A stretch of DNA of 64,000 nucleotides from Candidatus Bipolaricaulota bacterium (lineage in GTDB: Bacteria > Bipolaricaulota > Bipolaricaulia > UBA7950 > UBA9294), in the NCBI GenBank assembly GCA_040752575.1, contig JBFMGK010000027.1, positions 110,319 through 174,318 of the forward strand, given 5' to 3'. Under the pieces are notes generated by a model, which saw nothing but the letters and a program-made list of their open reading frames with translations, was not told the DNA's origin and did not search any database. The stretch's first letter is position 1. Each line of letters opens with the position of its first letter. The position numbers and the translations under genes are program-made. Of the stretch, positions 10,029 through 21,245 are shown one piece after another.

Positions 10029-11987
10029 CTAGCCCTTGTACCCCACCGCTTTCTTCAGCTCCTCAACGGTTTCGGGATTGAGAAGCGTGGTCAGATCTCC
10101 GACGGGCTCGTCGCGCACGAGGGCCTTGAGAATCCGGCGCATGATCTTCCCGCTCCGCGTCTTCGGCACGTCGTGGGCGAAGATGATCTCCTCGGGGCGT
10201 CCCGTCGGGCCGATCACCCGGTTCACCGTGGCGAGCAGGTCCTTGCGGATCTCCTCGGACGGCTCAATGCCCCTGCGCAGCAGGACGAAGGCCACGGGGA
10301 CCTCGCCCTTCAGGTCATGCGGCTTCGACACGACAGCCACTTCGCTGACCTTGTCGTTCTGAGCGAGCGCGCTCTCGACCTCCGCCGTCGCCAACCGATG
10401 CCCGGCGACGTTCATCACGTCGTCGACACGGCCGGTGATGCGGAAGTTGCCCGTCTCGTCCTTGCGCGCGCCATCGCTCGTGAAGTACCGCTTCGGCCCG
10501 TAGTCCGAGAAGTACTGGTTCTTGAAGCGATCCATGTCGCCGTAGATGCCTCGCGTGAGGGAAGGCGGGAACGGATCGAAGATCGCGAGGTATCCGCCCT
10601 CGCCGACTTTCAGCGGTTGGCCTCCCGAGTCGAGGATGTCGCCCAGAATGCCGGGGAAGCCACGGCCCGCGACCGTCGGGATGAACGGCCCAATGCCGGG
10701 CAGGTTGTTAACCATGTTCGCCCCGGTCTCCGTCTGCCACCACGTGTCGATGATCGGGCAGCGCCCGCCGCCAATGTGCTCGAAGTACCACATCCAAGCG
10801 TCGACGTTGATCGGCTCGCCGACCGTGCCGAGGATGCGGAGGCTCGAGAGATCGTGCTTCGCCGGCCACTCGTCGCCTTGCTTGAGCAGCATGCGAATGA
10901 GGGTCGGTGCCGTGTAGAGCTGCGTGATCTTGTGCCGCTCGATGATGTCCCACATCCGGCCGTAGTCGGGCATGTCGGGCGAGCCCTCGTACATGAACGA
11001 CGTGACGCCGTTCATCAGCGGCCCGTAGTTGATGTAGGTGTGTCCAGTCACCCAACCGACGTCGGCCGTGCACCAATAGATGTCGCCTGGGTGCATGTCG
11101 AAGTTCCACTTCGCCGTCGCGTAAGACTGAACAGCGTAGCCGCCGGTCGTGTGCATGATGCCCTTCGGCTTGCCCGTCGTGCCCGAAGTGTAGAGCAGGA
11201 ACGAGAGATGTTCCGAGTCGAGTTCCTCGGCCGGGCACTCGGCGGAGGCGGCGGCCACGAGTTCGTGGTACCACACATCGCGCCCGGCCTTCATGGAGAC
11301 CGAGCCGTCAAGACGCTTCACGACCACGATCTTCTCGACCTTCGTCCCTTCGCACCCCAGTTCGGCGGCCTTCTTCAATTCAATGGCCTTGCCGCGGCGG
11401 TAGTACCCGTCGGCCGTGATGACGACTTTGGCTCCGGCATCGTCCATGCGGTCGCGGAGCGACTCCGGGCTGAAGGCCGAGAACACGACACTGTGGGGAG
11501 CACCAATGCGGGCGCAGGCCTGCATCGCAATGACCGCTTCCGGAATCATCGGCATGTAGATCCCCACGCGATCGCCCTTCTTCACGCCGAGGGACTTCAA
11601 GCCGTTGGCGAACTTGCAGACGCGCTCGTGGAGTTCCTTGTAGGTGAGGCGAACCACCTTCTCGTCCAGAGGTTCGGGCTCCCAGATGATGGCCAGGCGA
11701 TCCCCATGGCCGGCCTTGATGTGGCGGTCGAGGGAGTTGTACGAAAGGTTCGTCTTACCGCCGGTGAACCACTTGTAGGCGTGGGGAGCGAACTCGTACG
11801 CCTTGTCCCACTTCTTGAACCAGTGGAGTTCCTCGGCGAACGTAGACCAGAACGCGACGGGGTCCGCCGCTGCCTGTGCGTAGATCGCCTCGTCGGAAAC
11901 CCACGCGTGCTTCTTCATCTCATCCGTGGGCCAGAACACATTCTCTCGCGTCGGGTCGCCCTTGACCCACCTCTTCGCCTCCGGCAC
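10029..11987 (-). CDS. acs: Acetyl-CoA synthetase (AMP-forming)
   Basis: [61 protein letters not shown] start after AGGAGG. Confidence 0.95.
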   Translation of the reverse strand: MPEAKRWVKGDPTRENVFWPTDEMKKHAWVSDEAIYAQAAADPVAFWSTFAEELHWFKKWDKAYEFAPHAYKWFTGGKTNLSYNSLDRHIKAGHGDRLAIIWEPEPLDEKVVRLTYKELHERVCKFANGLKSLGVKKGDRVGIYMPMIPEAVIAMQACARIGAPHSVVFSAFSPESLRDRMDDAGAKVVITADGYYRRGKAIELKKAAELGCEGTKVEKIVVVKRLDGSVSMKAGRDVWYHELVAAASAECPAEELDSEHLSFLLYTSGTTGKPKGIMHTTGGYAVQSYATAKWNFDMHPGDIYWCTADVGWVTGHTYINYGPLMNGVTSFMYEGSPDMPDYGRMWDIIERHKITQLYTAPTLIRMLLKQGDEWPAKHDLSSLRILGTVGEPINVDAWMWYFEHIGGGRCPIIDTWWQTETGANMVNNLPGIGPFIPTVAGRGFPGILGDILDSGGQPLKVGEGGYLAIFDPFPPSLTRGIYGDMDRFKNQYFSDYGPKRYFTSDGARKDETGNFRITGRVDDVMNVAGHRLATAEVESALAQNDKVSEVAVVSKPHDLKGEVPVAFVLLRRGIEPSEEIRKDLLATVNRVIGPTGRPEEIIFAHDVPKTRSGKIMRRILKALVRDEPVGDLTTLLNPETVEELKKAVGYKG

Positions 11988-12030
11988 GGTGTGACCTCCT
12001 GTTTGCCCCATGGGAAAGAAGATGGCGCCG

Positions 12031-12059
12031 AGTCTATCGAAAGGGGGGCCCGTCTTCAA
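12031..12059 (-). promoter_or_regulatory. Sigma70-type promoter for acs
   Basis: TTGAAG-N17-TAGACT on the minus strand. Confidence 0.5.
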
Positions 12060-12607
12060 CGCGAGATGACGAGTGGCGGCGTGAGCTTGTAGAGAAAGGG
12101 GAGTCGAAGGTAGGCGCGGTAGGCGGGGAGGGCTCGGAGGACGCGTCTCACATAGGCAGCGGTCTCCGAGAAGGGCGCTTCGCCCGTCTTGCGCCACTCG
12201 GCGACGCGTGTCGGTCCTGCGTTGTAGGCCATCAGAGCCGTCGAAACGTCGCCGAACCGATCGAGCATGTCGCGCAGGTACTCCGTACCCAGGCGAACGT
12301 TGGTCTCGGGGTCGAGGAGATCCTGGATCGGCGTGCCGAGGTCGGCGGCGACGGCGCATGCCGTCTCTTCCATCAGCTGCATGAGGCCGAGAGCGCCCCG
12401 GGCGGATCGCGCGTCGCTACGAAAGCGGCTCTCGGCGCGGATCACCGCCATCACCAAAGCAGGGTCAAGCCCGCGGAGGGACGCCTCGCGAACCACGAGG
12501 TCCACGTGTGCGATGGGGTAGAGGACGCGGAATGCCATCGCCCCGAGAAACAGGACACTGCATGCGGCGAGTCCGACGAAGACGACACGTCGCGAGAGGC
12601 GGCGCAT
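12056..12607 (-). CDS. Membrane-anchored lytic transglycosylase (SLT domain)
   Basis: N-terminal [37 protein letters not shown]. Confidence 0.9.
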   Translation of the reverse strand: MRRLSRRVVFVGLAACSVLFLGAMAFRVLYPIAHVDLVVREASLRGLDPALVMAVIRAESRFRSDARSARGALGLMQLMEETACAVAADLGTPIQDLLDPETNVRLGTEYLRDMLDRFGDVSTALMAYNAGPTRVAEWRKTGEAPFSETAAYVRRVLRALPAYRAYLRLPFLYKLTPPLVISR

Positions 12608-12669
12608 GTCCGCATCGTACGCGAATCCTCTATAATCGGCGAGCCCGAACGGCGGGCGAAATGGGGGGC

Positions 12670-13359
12670 ATGAGGCGATTCATTCTCTGGCTGCGTGCCA
12701 CGTTTCTCAGCGGGCTCCTGGCGCTTCTGCCGCTGGGGGCGACGGTCTACATCGTCTGGGGCCTCTACGCCTTGCTCGATGGCTTGATGGGCCGCGGGCG
12801 GCCGATCGGCGATGCGATCGAACGAGCGATCGGACGCGAGATCCCCGGCCTGGGGATCGTCGTCCTCGTGGCCCTTGTGTTGACGATCGGCGTCATCACG
12901 CGCAACATCGTTGGGCGGACAGTTCATGAGTACTTCGAGCGCCTCTTCTTTTCGGTCCCCGGCGTACGACGGATCTATGGGACGCTGAAGCAGTTCGCGG
13001 GTGCGTTGCTCGGAGACGACGGGGCGGCATCGTTCTCGCGCGTCGTGATGTTCGAGTATCCAAAGCCGGGGGTGTACGCATTGGGCCTGGTCACGAACGA
13101 ACACCTGGGAAAGCTCGAGGACGTCGCCGGCGAGGAGTGCGTCATGGTTTACCTGCCCACGGTGCCGAATCCGCTGTCGGGCTTGATGCTTGTCGTGCCG
13201 CGCCGGCTGGTCCAGCACGTCGACATGGGCGTCGAGGAGGCGCTGTCGATGATTGTGTCGAGCGGATCCGTGCTTCCGGATCGACTGACAGGCCGGGCGA
13301 CGGACCCGTCGGCGGAGGCTCAAAGCGCCTCCCGCCGTAAGTCGAAGAGGAAGGGATAA
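12670..13359 (+). CDS. DUF502 family membrane protein
   Basis: FLSGLLALLPL, PGVRRIYGTLKQ, VMFEYP, VYLPTVPNPLSG, EEALSMIVSSG pattern; TATAAT at 12631. Confidence 0.8.
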   Translation: MRRFILWLRATFLSGLLALLPLGATVYIVWGLYALLDGLMGRGRPIGDAIERAIGREIPGLGIVVLVALVLTIGVITRNIVGRTVHEYFERLFFSVPGVRRIYGTLKQFAGALLGDDGAASFSRVVMFEYPKPGVYALGLVTNEHLGKLEDVAGEECVMVYLPTVPNPLSGLMLVVPRRLVQHVDMGVEEALSMIVSSGSVLPDRLTGRATDPSAEAQSASRRKSKRKG

Positions 13360-13361
13360 CG

Positions 13362-14204
13362 ATGTCCCTGTTCAAAGAGCGCCAGTACTTGCGGATCCGA
13401 ATGGATCGCGATGCCGACGACAGCCTGTGGATGAAGTGCACGTCGTGCGGTGAGATGGTCTTCAAGCGCCGGGTGCGGGAGAACAACAACGTATGTCCCA
13501 ACTGCGGGGAGTACTTCTTCCTGACGGCCCCGGAGCGCGTCGAGTCGCTGCTCGATCCTGGGAGCATCGAGGACATCACGAAGCCGATCGTAACGAATGA
13601 TCCCCTGGGCTTCTCCGACGCTCAGCCCTACGCTGCACGGGTCGCGGAGGCGCAGGAGCTGACGTCGCTCGGGGATGCGATCGTCGTCGCGCGCGGGGCG
13701 ATCGAAGGGATTCCCGTCGTACTCGGTGCGATGGACTTTCGGTTCATCGGGGGAAGCATGGGTTGCGTCATGGGCGAGCAGATCTGCCATGCCATCGAGA
13801 CCGCGATCAGCCGCCGCGCCGGGTTCGTCCTCATCTCTTCGTCGGGTGGGGCGCGGATCCAGGAGGGCACCCTGTCCTTGTTCCAGATGGCGAAGACCGT
13901 CTCGAGTCGTCGTCAGCTCGCGGAAGCCCGATTGCCGTTTGTCTCCGTGATGACGTACCCGACGTCCGGAGGGGTTCAGGCGTCCATCGCCTCGCTGGGG
14001 GACGTCCTGATCGCGGAACGTGGCGCCCTGATTGGATTCGCCGGGCGGCGCGTGATTCAGCAGACGATTGCCCAGGAGCTGCCTGCTCACTTCCAGACCG
14101 AGGCGTTTGCCTTGGAGCGCGGGCAGATCGACCGAGTCGTGCGACGAGAAGACCTGCGAAGTGAGCTCGCGTTGGCGCTTGGCTTCTTCATGGAGGCGCG
14201 ATGA
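13362..14204 (+). CDS. accD: Acetyl-CoA carboxylase carboxyltransferase beta subunit
   Basis: Zn finger WMKCTSC...CPNC, MDFRFIGGSMG, SGGARIQEG, GGVQAS, IGFAGRRVI. Confidence 0.95.
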   Translation: MSLFKERQYLRIRMDRDADDSLWMKCTSCGEMVFKRRVRENNNVCPNCGEYFFLTAPERVESLLDPGSIEDITKPIVTNDPLGFSDAQPYAARVAEAQELTSLGDAIVVARGAIEGIPVVLGAMDFRFIGGSMGCVMGEQICHAIETAISRRAGFVLISSSGGARIQEGTLSLFQMAKTVSSRRQLAEARLPFVSVMTYPTSGGVQASIASLGDVLIAERGALIGFAGRRVIQQTIAQELPAHFQTEAFALERGQIDRVVRREDLRSELALALGFFMEAR

Positions 14205-15160
14205 GCGACGAACGGTCCCTGGACCTGCTCGAAGCGAAGATCGAGGAACTGAGGCAGCTTGAGGCTGCAGGGGGAATCGACCTCTCGGGCGAGATCGTAC
14301 GCCTGGAGGAGAAGCTCGCGACGTTGCGTCGGTCCCACTACGAGAGCCTCGACGATTGGGAACGCGTCAAACTTGCGCGCCACGCGAAACGTCCCTATGC
14401 ACTCGACTACATTGAGCGCGTCTTCGAGGGCTTCTACGAGCTGCGCGGTGACCGCATCTACGGCGACGATCGGGCCCTCTTGACGGGAATCGCGCGCCTT
14501 GCCGGGCGCTCCGTCGTGGTCCTTGCCCAGCAGAAAGGGCGAACGACCGAAGAGAACCGCGAGCGCTACTTCGGGATGCCCCGCCCGCAGGGGTTCCGCA
14601 AAGCGCGGCGGGCTATCGATCTGGCAGACCGATTTCGCTTCCCGGTCGTCTCGCTTGTCGATACCGCGGGTGCGTACCCGGGGCTCGAGGCGGAAGAACT
14701 CAATGTCGGCGCGACGATTGCCGAATCCCTGGAGGCGATGGCTGGGGTACGGGTTCCGACGGTTTCCGTGGTCCTGGGCGAGGGCGGATCGGGCGGGGCG
14801 CTCGCCATCGCGGCGGCCGACTGCATCTTGATGCTCGAGAACGCGATCTTCTCGGTGATCACGCCCGAGGGGGCCGCGGCCATCCTCTGGAAGGACAAGG
14901 ACAAGGCGAAGCAAGCCGCGGCAGCGTTGCAGATGACCGCGGACCGACTGCTTGCGCTGGACCTGATTGACGGTGTGCTGGCCGAGCCGCTCGGCGGAGC
15001 GCACAAGGATCCGGTGCGCATGGCGGAGACGCTGAAGGCGGAACTTCTGCGCAGACTGGACGCTTTGTCCGCCCTGCCGATCGACGAACTCCTGGCGCGG
15101 CGGCGGACTCGCTACCGCAATGTGGGACAGTACAGCCTGGCGACGGGGGCCGAGGGATGA
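14201..15160 (+). CDS. accA: Acetyl-CoA carboxylase carboxyltransferase alpha subunit
   Basis: RPYALDYI, FGMPRPQGFRKA, DTAGAYPG, GEGGSGGALAI, SVITPEG, EPLGGAH; ATGA overlap with accD. Confidence 0.95.
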   Translation: MSDERSLDLLEAKIEELRQLEAAGGIDLSGEIVRLEEKLATLRRSHYESLDDWERVKLARHAKRPYALDYIERVFEGFYELRGDRIYGDDRALLTGIARLAGRSVVVLAQQKGRTTEENRERYFGMPRPQGFRKARRAIDLADRFRFPVVSLVDTAGAYPGLEAEELNVGATIAESLEAMAGVRVPTVSVVLGEGGSGGALAIAAADCILMLENAIFSVITPEGAAAILWKDKDKAKQAAAALQMTADRLLALDLIDGVLAEPLGGAHKDPVRMAETLKAELLRRLDALSALPIDELLARRRTRYRNVGQYSLATGAEG

Positions 15161-15642
15161 AGCGTCTCCTGCTGGGCGTGGGAAACCGGCTCGGCGGCGA
15201 CGATGGCATCGGGCCCGCTCTGGCGGCGCAGCTCTCGGGAGCCGCGGGCTGGCAGACGGTTGACTGCGGCGTTGCGGTGGAGAACGCATGCGGGATCGTC
15301 GCGCGCGAGGCGCCCGATCTCCTCGTCGTCGTCGACGCTGCCCGGATGGGCCTCTCTCCGGGAGCAGTGCGGCGGGTACCGATCGAGGCCACGGAGCGAC
15401 TCCTCGTATCGACGCACGCTCTTCCGTTGTCGTTTCTGTGGCCGCGACTCACGGGCGGCGCGCGCCGCACCGTGTTCCTCGGAGTCGAGCCCGCAACCCT
15501 CGCCTTGGGGGAAGGGCTCTCGCCGGACGTCGCTTCGGCGCTCGAGGTTCTTGAGCGCGCCCTGCGGGCCGGAGATCTCGAGACGATACCCGTCCTATCC
15601 CCCTCTTGCTTCAACCCTAGCCGGACCGAGCTGCCGGGCTGA
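15157..15642 (+). CDS. Hydrogenase maturation protease (HycI-like)
   Basis: LLLGVGNRLGGDDGIG, VVVDAA, STHALP, GEGLSPDV; ATGA overlap with accA. Confidence 0.85.
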   Translation: MKRLLLGVGNRLGGDDGIGPALAAQLSGAAGWQTVDCGVAVENACGIVAREAPDLLVVVDAARMGLSPGAVRRVPIEATERLLVSTHALPLSFLWPRLTGGARRTVFLGVEPATLALGEGLSPDVASALEVLERALRAGDLETIPVLSPSCFNPSRTELPG

Positions 15643-16852
15643 CCTCGCCGGCCGAGTCCCGACCGCGGCCAAAGAACCAGGCCGTCATGACGCTGGCGGT
15701 GACGTAGAACGCAGCCGTCAAGACGAACAGCGGCGTGAAGCCGATCGATCCCTGAAGCTGCCCGCTCACCCATGCGGAGAGTGCCCAGCCCAGATTCCAC
15801 GCGAGCATGAGGAGACTGGCCGCCAACGGCCGAACGGAAGCTGGAACCACGGTCATGGAGAAGGCGGCGAAGATCGGGGAACTCATATTCATCAGCGCCG
15901 TGCGAGCGAGGAAGCATCCCGCAGAGGCCGCGAACCCTGGAACGAGGGCCATCGCCAGAAGGAGAGGAATCGACGCGAGCTGGCTCGCGACGACGGCCCG
16001 GATCCTTCCGAAACGCCGGGCGAGGCCTGGCGAGGCGAGCGCAGCGCAGCCGGTCAGGAACGAGGACAGCGCGAACACGGTGCCGAGGAGATCGTCCGGG
16101 ACGGCAAAGCGGAGTCGGAAGAAGACGTTGAGGAACGGCATCGTCAACCCTGCGCCCAGCGCGCCGACCAGCTGTACTGCGAACAGCGCTGCCAGAATGT
16201 GTTTGTGGGATCGCCAGGCCGCGACATGGAGGCGCTCGTCTTCGCGCTGCGAGACGGCGCGGAGCCGCGACAAGGGAAGCAGGGCGGCGAGCGTGAGGGC
16301 GGCGGCGACAAAGAGAAGGGCACGATAGCCGTCTCGATCGGGGCGGCCGCCCTCGACGAGCCATCGGGCGGCAAACCCTCCAAACAGGCTCGCCGCGACG
16401 CTGGCGAAGGTGCTCACGGCAAACTGGAGGCCGAACAGACGGGTTCTGGAGCCGATCGGTGTGGCGCTCATCATGAGCGGGGACGACACCACGGAGAGCA
16501 GGACCGATCCGACGCCCGAGGCAACCGCCGCTCCGACCAAGACGGGCGCAGCGGGCCAAGATGCCCAGGCCAGCAGCGCGAGCGCAAGCAGGATCGTGCC
16601 GAGAAGAAGAGACCGACGAAAGCCTAGTCGCGGAAGCACGATGCCGATCGGAATGGCGCTCAAAGCGGTGACCAGCGCTGGGAGGGCGGCGAGAAGCCCC
16701 ACAAGCGCACGGTCATAGCCGAGCGAGAGAACGTAGAGATTGAAGAACAGGTACAGGAGACCGGAACCGAAGCCTAGGCATGCTGTCGCCAGAAGGTATC
16801 TTCGGCCATCCGCCGAGATGTGGACGGCAGGAGCGGCGAGCCGAAAGATCAC
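15617..16852 (-). CDS. MFS transporter
   Basis: Multiple TM helices; [33 protein letters not shown] overlap with the tkt stop. Confidence 0.8.
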   Translation of the reverse strand: MIFRLAAPAVHISADGRRYLLATACLGFGSGLLYLFFNLYVLSLGYDRALVGLLAALPALVTALSAIPIGIVLPRLGFRRSLLLGTILLALALLAWASWPAAPVLVGAAVASGVGSVLLSVVSSPLMMSATPIGSRTRLFGLQFAVSTFASVAASLFGGFAARWLVEGGRPDRDGYRALLFVAAALTLAALLPLSRLRAVSQREDERLHVAAWRSHKHILAALFAVQLVGALGAGLTMPFLNVFFRLRFAVPDDLLGTVFALSSFLTGCAALASPGLARRFGRIRAVVASQLASIPLLLAMALVPGFAASAGCFLARTALMNMSSPIFAAFSMTVVPASVRPLAASLLMLAWNLGWALSAWVSGQLQGSIGFTPLFVLTAAFYVTASVMTAWFFGRGRDSAGEVSPAARSG

Positions 16853-18912
16853 GTCGTGTCTTTGGAGGCGAGCAAGCTCCGTGCCGCGGCGAGGACGGCC
16901 TCGGTGCTGAACCCGAAGTGCTCGAGCACTTCGCCGCCCGGGCCGCAGGCTCCGAAGCGATCCACGCCCAGGGCCATCCCTCCGGCAAGCATCTCGCCCC
17001 ATCCGGACGTCCGCCCTGCTTCGACGACCAGCCGGGCTCGCACTTGGCTCGAAAGGACCGTCTCGCGATATGCAGCCGGCTGGCGCTGGAACAGCTCAAT
17101 GCTCGGCATCGAGACGACCCGGGCAGCGTGCCCCTCCTCGCAGAGCCGGCGCGCGGCGGCGAGGGCGAGGGAGACCTCGGATCCCGTTGCGATGAGAAGG
17201 ATCTCCGGGTCTGCGGACGACGACCACAAGACGTACCCGCCGCGTCTCACTTCGTCGGCCGATTCGACGAGAGATCGATCGAACGTCGGCAACGCTTGGC
17301 GCGACAGCACGAGGGCGGTCGGTCCGTCGGTCCGTTCGAGCGCGATCCGCCAAGCAGCCACGGTTTCGTTGGCGTCCCCCGGCCGCAAGACGACGAGGTT
17401 GGGGATCAGGCGGAGGCTCATCAGGTGCTCGACGGGCTGATGCGTGGGCCCATCCTCGCCGACGCCGATGGAGTCGTGGGTGAAGACAAAGACCGTTCGG
17501 CAGCCCGAAAGCGCTGCGATGCGCAGGGCAGGGCGGAGGTAGTCGGAGAAGACGAGGAACGTTGCGACGTATGGAATCAGGCCGCCGTGGGCGGCAAGGC
17601 CGTTCGCGATCGCTGCCATCGCATGCTCGCGCACGCCGAAGTGCAGGTTACGTCCCGCGTAGCCCCACGAGGCTCCCACGCGGCCCTGCACCCCTTCGGG
17701 AGAGGTCTCCGGCGCCTGTAGGTCTCCGGCGCCGCGGAGGGCCGTGAGGGTTGACGGGTTGAGGTCGGCCGCGCCTCCGACCAGTTCAGGGATTCGCGCG
17801 GCGAGAGCCTGCAGCGCGGCCTCTGACGCCTTGCGCGTCGCCATTCCGGTGGGGTCTTCTGGAAAGACCGGCAGGTCGTCGGTCCAGTCGTCGGGCAAGC
17901 GCCCTAGATGACGGCGGTCGAATTCGGCCGCGAGGTCGGCGAACTGCGCGCGGTAGACGGCATACGCCGCCACCCACTTCGCGCGGGCGGCCGCGCCGCG
18001 CGCTGCGGCCTCGAGACATGCCGCAGCGACATCTTCCGGAACCAGGAATGGCGGCTCCTGGGGCCACCCCAGCGCCTGCTTTGCCGCGCGAACCTCCGAC
18101 GGTCCAAGGGGCGCGCCGTGGGCCTCGAACGTATTCTGCTTGGAAGGGGCTCCGTACCCAATCACCGTCTTGACGATCAGCAGGGAAGGACGCGAGGTTT
18201 CGTCGACGGCCGCCCCGATGGCCGCGTCGAGCTCTTCGAGGTCGTTCCCGTCGCGCACCGTCAGGACATGCCAGCCTGCAGAAGCGAAGCGAAGCTCGAC
18301 GTCTTCCGATGTCGAGAGCGAAGTCGATCCGGCGAGGCACACGTCGTTGGCGTCATAGAGAACGACAAGGCGACCGAGGCGAAGGTGCCCGGCCAGCGCG
18401 CATGCCTCGTAGGAGATCCCCTCCATAAGATCGCCATCTCCAGCCAGGACGAACGTCCGGTGCCCAACCACCTCGCACCCCGGGCGGTTGAACGTCGCCG
18501 CGAGGTGGCGCTCCGCGATCGCCATGCCGACGGCGTTGGCCAACCCCTGCCCCAGGGGTCCGGTGGTGACCTCCACTCCCGGGGTGAGTCCACGTTCCGG
18601 ATGTCCGGGCGTGCGCGAGCCCCACTGGCGGAACGCCTGCAGGTCCGCAAGGCTCAGGTCGTAGCCGAACAGGTGGAGGGCGGCGTAGAGAAGGGCTGAC
18701 CCGTGCCCCGCCGAGAGCACGAAGCGGTCTCGATCGGGCCAGTCAGGATGCTGTGGATCGAAGCGCAGATGGCGAGACCAGAGAGCGTAGAGCATCGGCG
18801 CCGCGCCGAGGGGAAGCCCAGGGTGGCCGGACTTCGCGCGCTCGATCGCGTCGATGGACAGGAAGCGCAAGGCGCTGATGCAGCGGTCGTCGATGTCTGT
18901 TCTCGAGTGCAT
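16849..18912 (-). CDS. tkt: Transketolase
   Basis: [60 protein letters not shown]. Confidence 0.97.
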   Translation of the reverse strand: MHSRTDIDDRCISALRFLSIDAIERAKSGHPGLPLGAAPMLYALWSRHLRFDPQHPDWPDRDRFVLSAGHGSALLYAALHLFGYDLSLADLQAFRQWGSRTPGHPERGLTPGVEVTTGPLGQGLANAVGMAIAERHLAATFNRPGCEVVGHRTFVLAGDGDLMEGISYEACALAGHLRLGRLVVLYDANDVCLAGSTSLSTSEDVELRFASAGWHVLTVRDGNDLEELDAAIGAAVDETSRPSLLIVKTVIGYGAPSKQNTFEAHGAPLGPSEVRAAKQALGWPQEPPFLVPEDVAAACLEAAARGAAARAKWVAAYAVYRAQFADLAAEFDRRHLGRLPDDWTDDLPVFPEDPTGMATRKASEAALQALAARIPELVGGAADLNPSTLTALRGAGDLQAPETSPEGVQGRVGASWGYAGRNLHFGVREHAMAAIANGLAAHGGLIPYVATFLVFSDYLRPALRIAALSGCRTVFVFTHDSIGVGEDGPTHQPVEHLMSLRLIPNLVVLRPGDANETVAAWRIALERTDGPTALVLSRQALPTFDRSLVESADEVRRGGYVLWSSSADPEILLIATGSEVSLALAAARRLCEEGHAARVVSMPSIELFQRQPAAYRETVLSSQVRARLVVEAGRTSGWGEMLAGGMALGVDRFGACGPGGEVLEHFGFSTEAVLAAARSLLASKDTT

Positions 18913-19054
18913 GGTTCCTCCCCGCGTACGCCGCGCGTCGCCGACACTTTCGTTTCCCCTTCGACGCTTGTCAAGGACTGGCTTGCCGCCCGTCCCGCGT
19001 TCGATAGACTCTACCGACGGCGGTGAGGGTGCGTGGCCGCCGAGGAGGCAAGGG

Positions 19055-20059
19055 ATGCCGTTTTGTGGGGGATCAGAGCTGCATGACGCCTACAAGCAGG
19101 CTCGGCGGGGCGGCTACGCGTATATGGCGAACAACATCGCCGAGCCGAACACGCTGATCGGACTTCTCGAAGCGTACACGGCGGCGGGGTCCGACCTCCT
19201 CGTCCAGATCAGTCCGGGCGCCGCGAAGTACGCCGGCGCCGGGGACAAGATGGCGGGCTTGCGCGTGCTGTCAGGTCTCGTCAAGAATCTGGCCGCTCCG
19301 CGTGCGATTCGTGTGTTCGTCAATCTCGACCACTTCACACGCAACGAGATGGAACTCATCCAGGTAGCGATTGATGAGCGGCTCGTGTCGTCGATCATGA
19401 TCGACGCGTCGCACGAGAGCTTCGAGGAGAACGCGAGGATCAGCCGCGAGGTCGTCGAGAGGGCCCGCGGGAGCGGCATTCTGGTCGAAGCGGAACTAGG
19501 GAAGATCCGAGGCGTCGAGGACGAGATCTCCTCCGACGATGCCTTCTATACCCAACCCGATGAGGCGGTCGAATTCGTGCGGTCCTCCGGCGCCGACCTC
19601 CTCGCGATTTCGATCGGAACCGAGCATGGAGTCTCCAAGGGGCGGAAGATCCGCCTGCGCGTCGATCTTGCGAAGGCCATCCAAGAGCGGCTTGCTGCGG
19701 CCGGGCTGGAGACGCCGCTCGTTCTGCATGGATCCTCGGGCCTCTTGATCGAACAGGTGCGCGAGGTCATCCGCTACGGCGTCTGCAAGCTGAACAAGGA
19801 CACGCACTATCAGTACGTTTACAGCCGAGCGGCGTGCGAATTCTACGTAAAGCACGCCGCGTCGATCCTCCCCCCTGCAGGCGTCGAGGACGATGTTGTC
19901 GACCTTTTCGCCGGGGGCGAGTGGAGTCCCGACAAGAAGCACTTCGACCCGCGCGTCGCGGGCCGCGAAGTCCAGGAGAGGATTCGCTGGATCGCCGGTG
20001 AGCTCCTCAAGCAGGCGGGCAGCGCGGGGCACGGGCGAACATCACCGCCCCCTTCTTGA
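19055..20059 (+). CDS. fba: Class II fructose-bisphosphate aldolase family
   Basis: [36 protein letters not shown] metal/substrate motifs; SD AGGAGG. Confidence 0.85.
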   Translation: MPFCGGSELHDAYKQARRGGYAYMANNIAEPNTLIGLLEAYTAAGSDLLVQISPGAAKYAGAGDKMAGLRVLSGLVKNLAAPRAIRVFVNLDHFTRNEMELIQVAIDERLVSSIMIDASHESFEENARISREVVERARGSGILVEAELGKIRGVEDEISSDDAFYTQPDEAVEFVRSSGADLLAISIGTEHGVSKGRKIRLRVDLAKAIQERLAAAGLETPLVLHGSSGLLIEQVREVIRYGVCKLNKDTHYQYVYSRAACEFYVKHAASILPPAGVEDDVVDLFAGGEWSPDKKHFDPRVAGREVQERIRWIAGELLKQAGSAGHGRTSPPPS

Positions 20060-20086
20060 GGGGGCGCAGGTGAGCGTCATCGCCTC

Positions 20087-21127
20087 TCAAGCGGACGGCG
20101 TCGATGCCTGGGTCTCGCGCAGGTAGCGCGCCGCATCTTCAGGCGGCATCGGGTTGATGTAGAAACCAGTTCCCCACTCGAAGCCCGCCACCTGCGTGAG
20201 ACGGGGCAGAATGGCGATCCGCCAGTGGTAGTCGTACGGAAGCGTCGACCAATACCCCGGGCGTCCGGGACGCAGAACGGGGTTGGGAGCCGTCTTGAGG
20301 ACGAAGTTGTACGGGACGTCTCCGAGGAGCGCCTTGAGCCGGCCGAGCGTGCGGATGAGGGCACGCGCGAGTCCCCATCTCTGCTCTTGGCTCAGCGATG
20401 TGAAGTCGTGCGAGTGCATCTTGGGGTAGATCACCAGTTCGAACGGAAAGCGCGAGTCGTAGGGAGCCCACACGACGTAACCGTCCGTGTCGTCGACGAT
20501 GCGCTCGCCGCTGCGGAGTTCGCCGAGCATAATGTCGCAGTAGAGGCAACGTTCCTTCTTCTCGTAATAGGCGCGCGCCGTCTGCAACGAGTTACGGACC
20601 TCTTGCGGAACGATGGGCGTCGCGATGATCTGCGAGTGGGGATGCGCGAGCGATGCTCCCGCCTCGCGTCCGTGGTTCTTGAACAGGAGGACGTACCGAA
20701 ACCACGGGTTGCGCATGAGGTCGATGATGCGGCTGATGTACGCGTCCACGACGAGCTTCACCTGGTCCTCGCTCATCTCGGGAATCCCCGCGTTGTGATC
20801 CGGAGTCTCGATCACGACCTCGTGGGCTCCCACGCCGTGCATGCGATCGAACACTCCGTCGACCGACTCGCGGCCCAGCTCGTGGTAGTCGTGAAGGGCG
20901 GCGTACTTGTTCGGGATCACCCGGACGCGCCAGCCTTGGGGACCGGAGATGCGTGCGATCTCGGGAGGTGTCATCGCCTCGTTGCCGAGGCAGAAGGGAC
21001 AGGTCGCCGCTCTCTCGGGCGTTTCGGCCGGAGAAGCCTTGCGCTCGAAGTCCGAGGGGCGCTTCGCTCGTTCCGGAGCGACGATAACCCAGCGGTTGCT
21101 TGTCGGACCGCGTCGTAGTTCTGGCAT
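20087..21127 (-). CDS. galT: GalT-family hexose-1-phosphate nucleotidylyltransferase
   Basis: RAKRP, CPFC, NKYAAL, HEVVIETPDH, GASLAHPHSQ (HxH catalytic), AGFEWGTG. Confidence 0.85.
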   Translation of the reverse strand: MPELRRGPTSNRWVIVAPERAKRPSDFERKASPAETPERAATCPFCLGNEAMTPPEIARISGPQGWRVRVIPNKYAALHDYHELGRESVDGVFDRMHGVGAHEVVIETPDHNAGIPEMSEDQVKLVVDAYISRIIDLMRNPWFRYVLLFKNHGREAGASLAHPHSQIIATPIVPQEVRNSLQTARAYYEKKERCLYCDIMLGELRSGERIVDDTDGYVVWAPYDSRFPFELVIYPKMHSHDFTSLSQEQRWGLARALIRTLGRLKALLGDVPYNFVLKTAPNPVLRPGRPGYWSTLPYDYHWRIAILPRLTQVAGFEWGTGFYINPMPPEDAARYLRETQASTPSA

Positions 21128-21197
21128 GTCTTTCCTTTTCCGGTCAGAAGAGTCGTCTCGATTCTACCTTAGTCGGGCACGCGCCTCACGCGTTGGG

Positions 21198-21226
21198 TTG
21201 ACGGTTCCACGCCGCGTGTCGATACT
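21198..21226 (+). promoter_or_regulatory. Sigma70-type promoter for glgA
   Basis: TTGACG-N17-GATACT, then AGGAGG and ATG. Confidence 0.5.
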
Positions 21227-21245
21227 TCTTTCAGGAGGTGAAGGA

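Noticed and set aside
9870..12092. 740-aa plus-strand ORF
   Set aside because: Antisense shadow of acs; no motifs; expected from high-GC codon bias
14859..16559. 566-aa minus-strand and 474-aa plus-strand Arg/Pro-rich ORFs
   Set aside because: Off-frame or antisense to accA, the protease and the MFS; low-complexity translation
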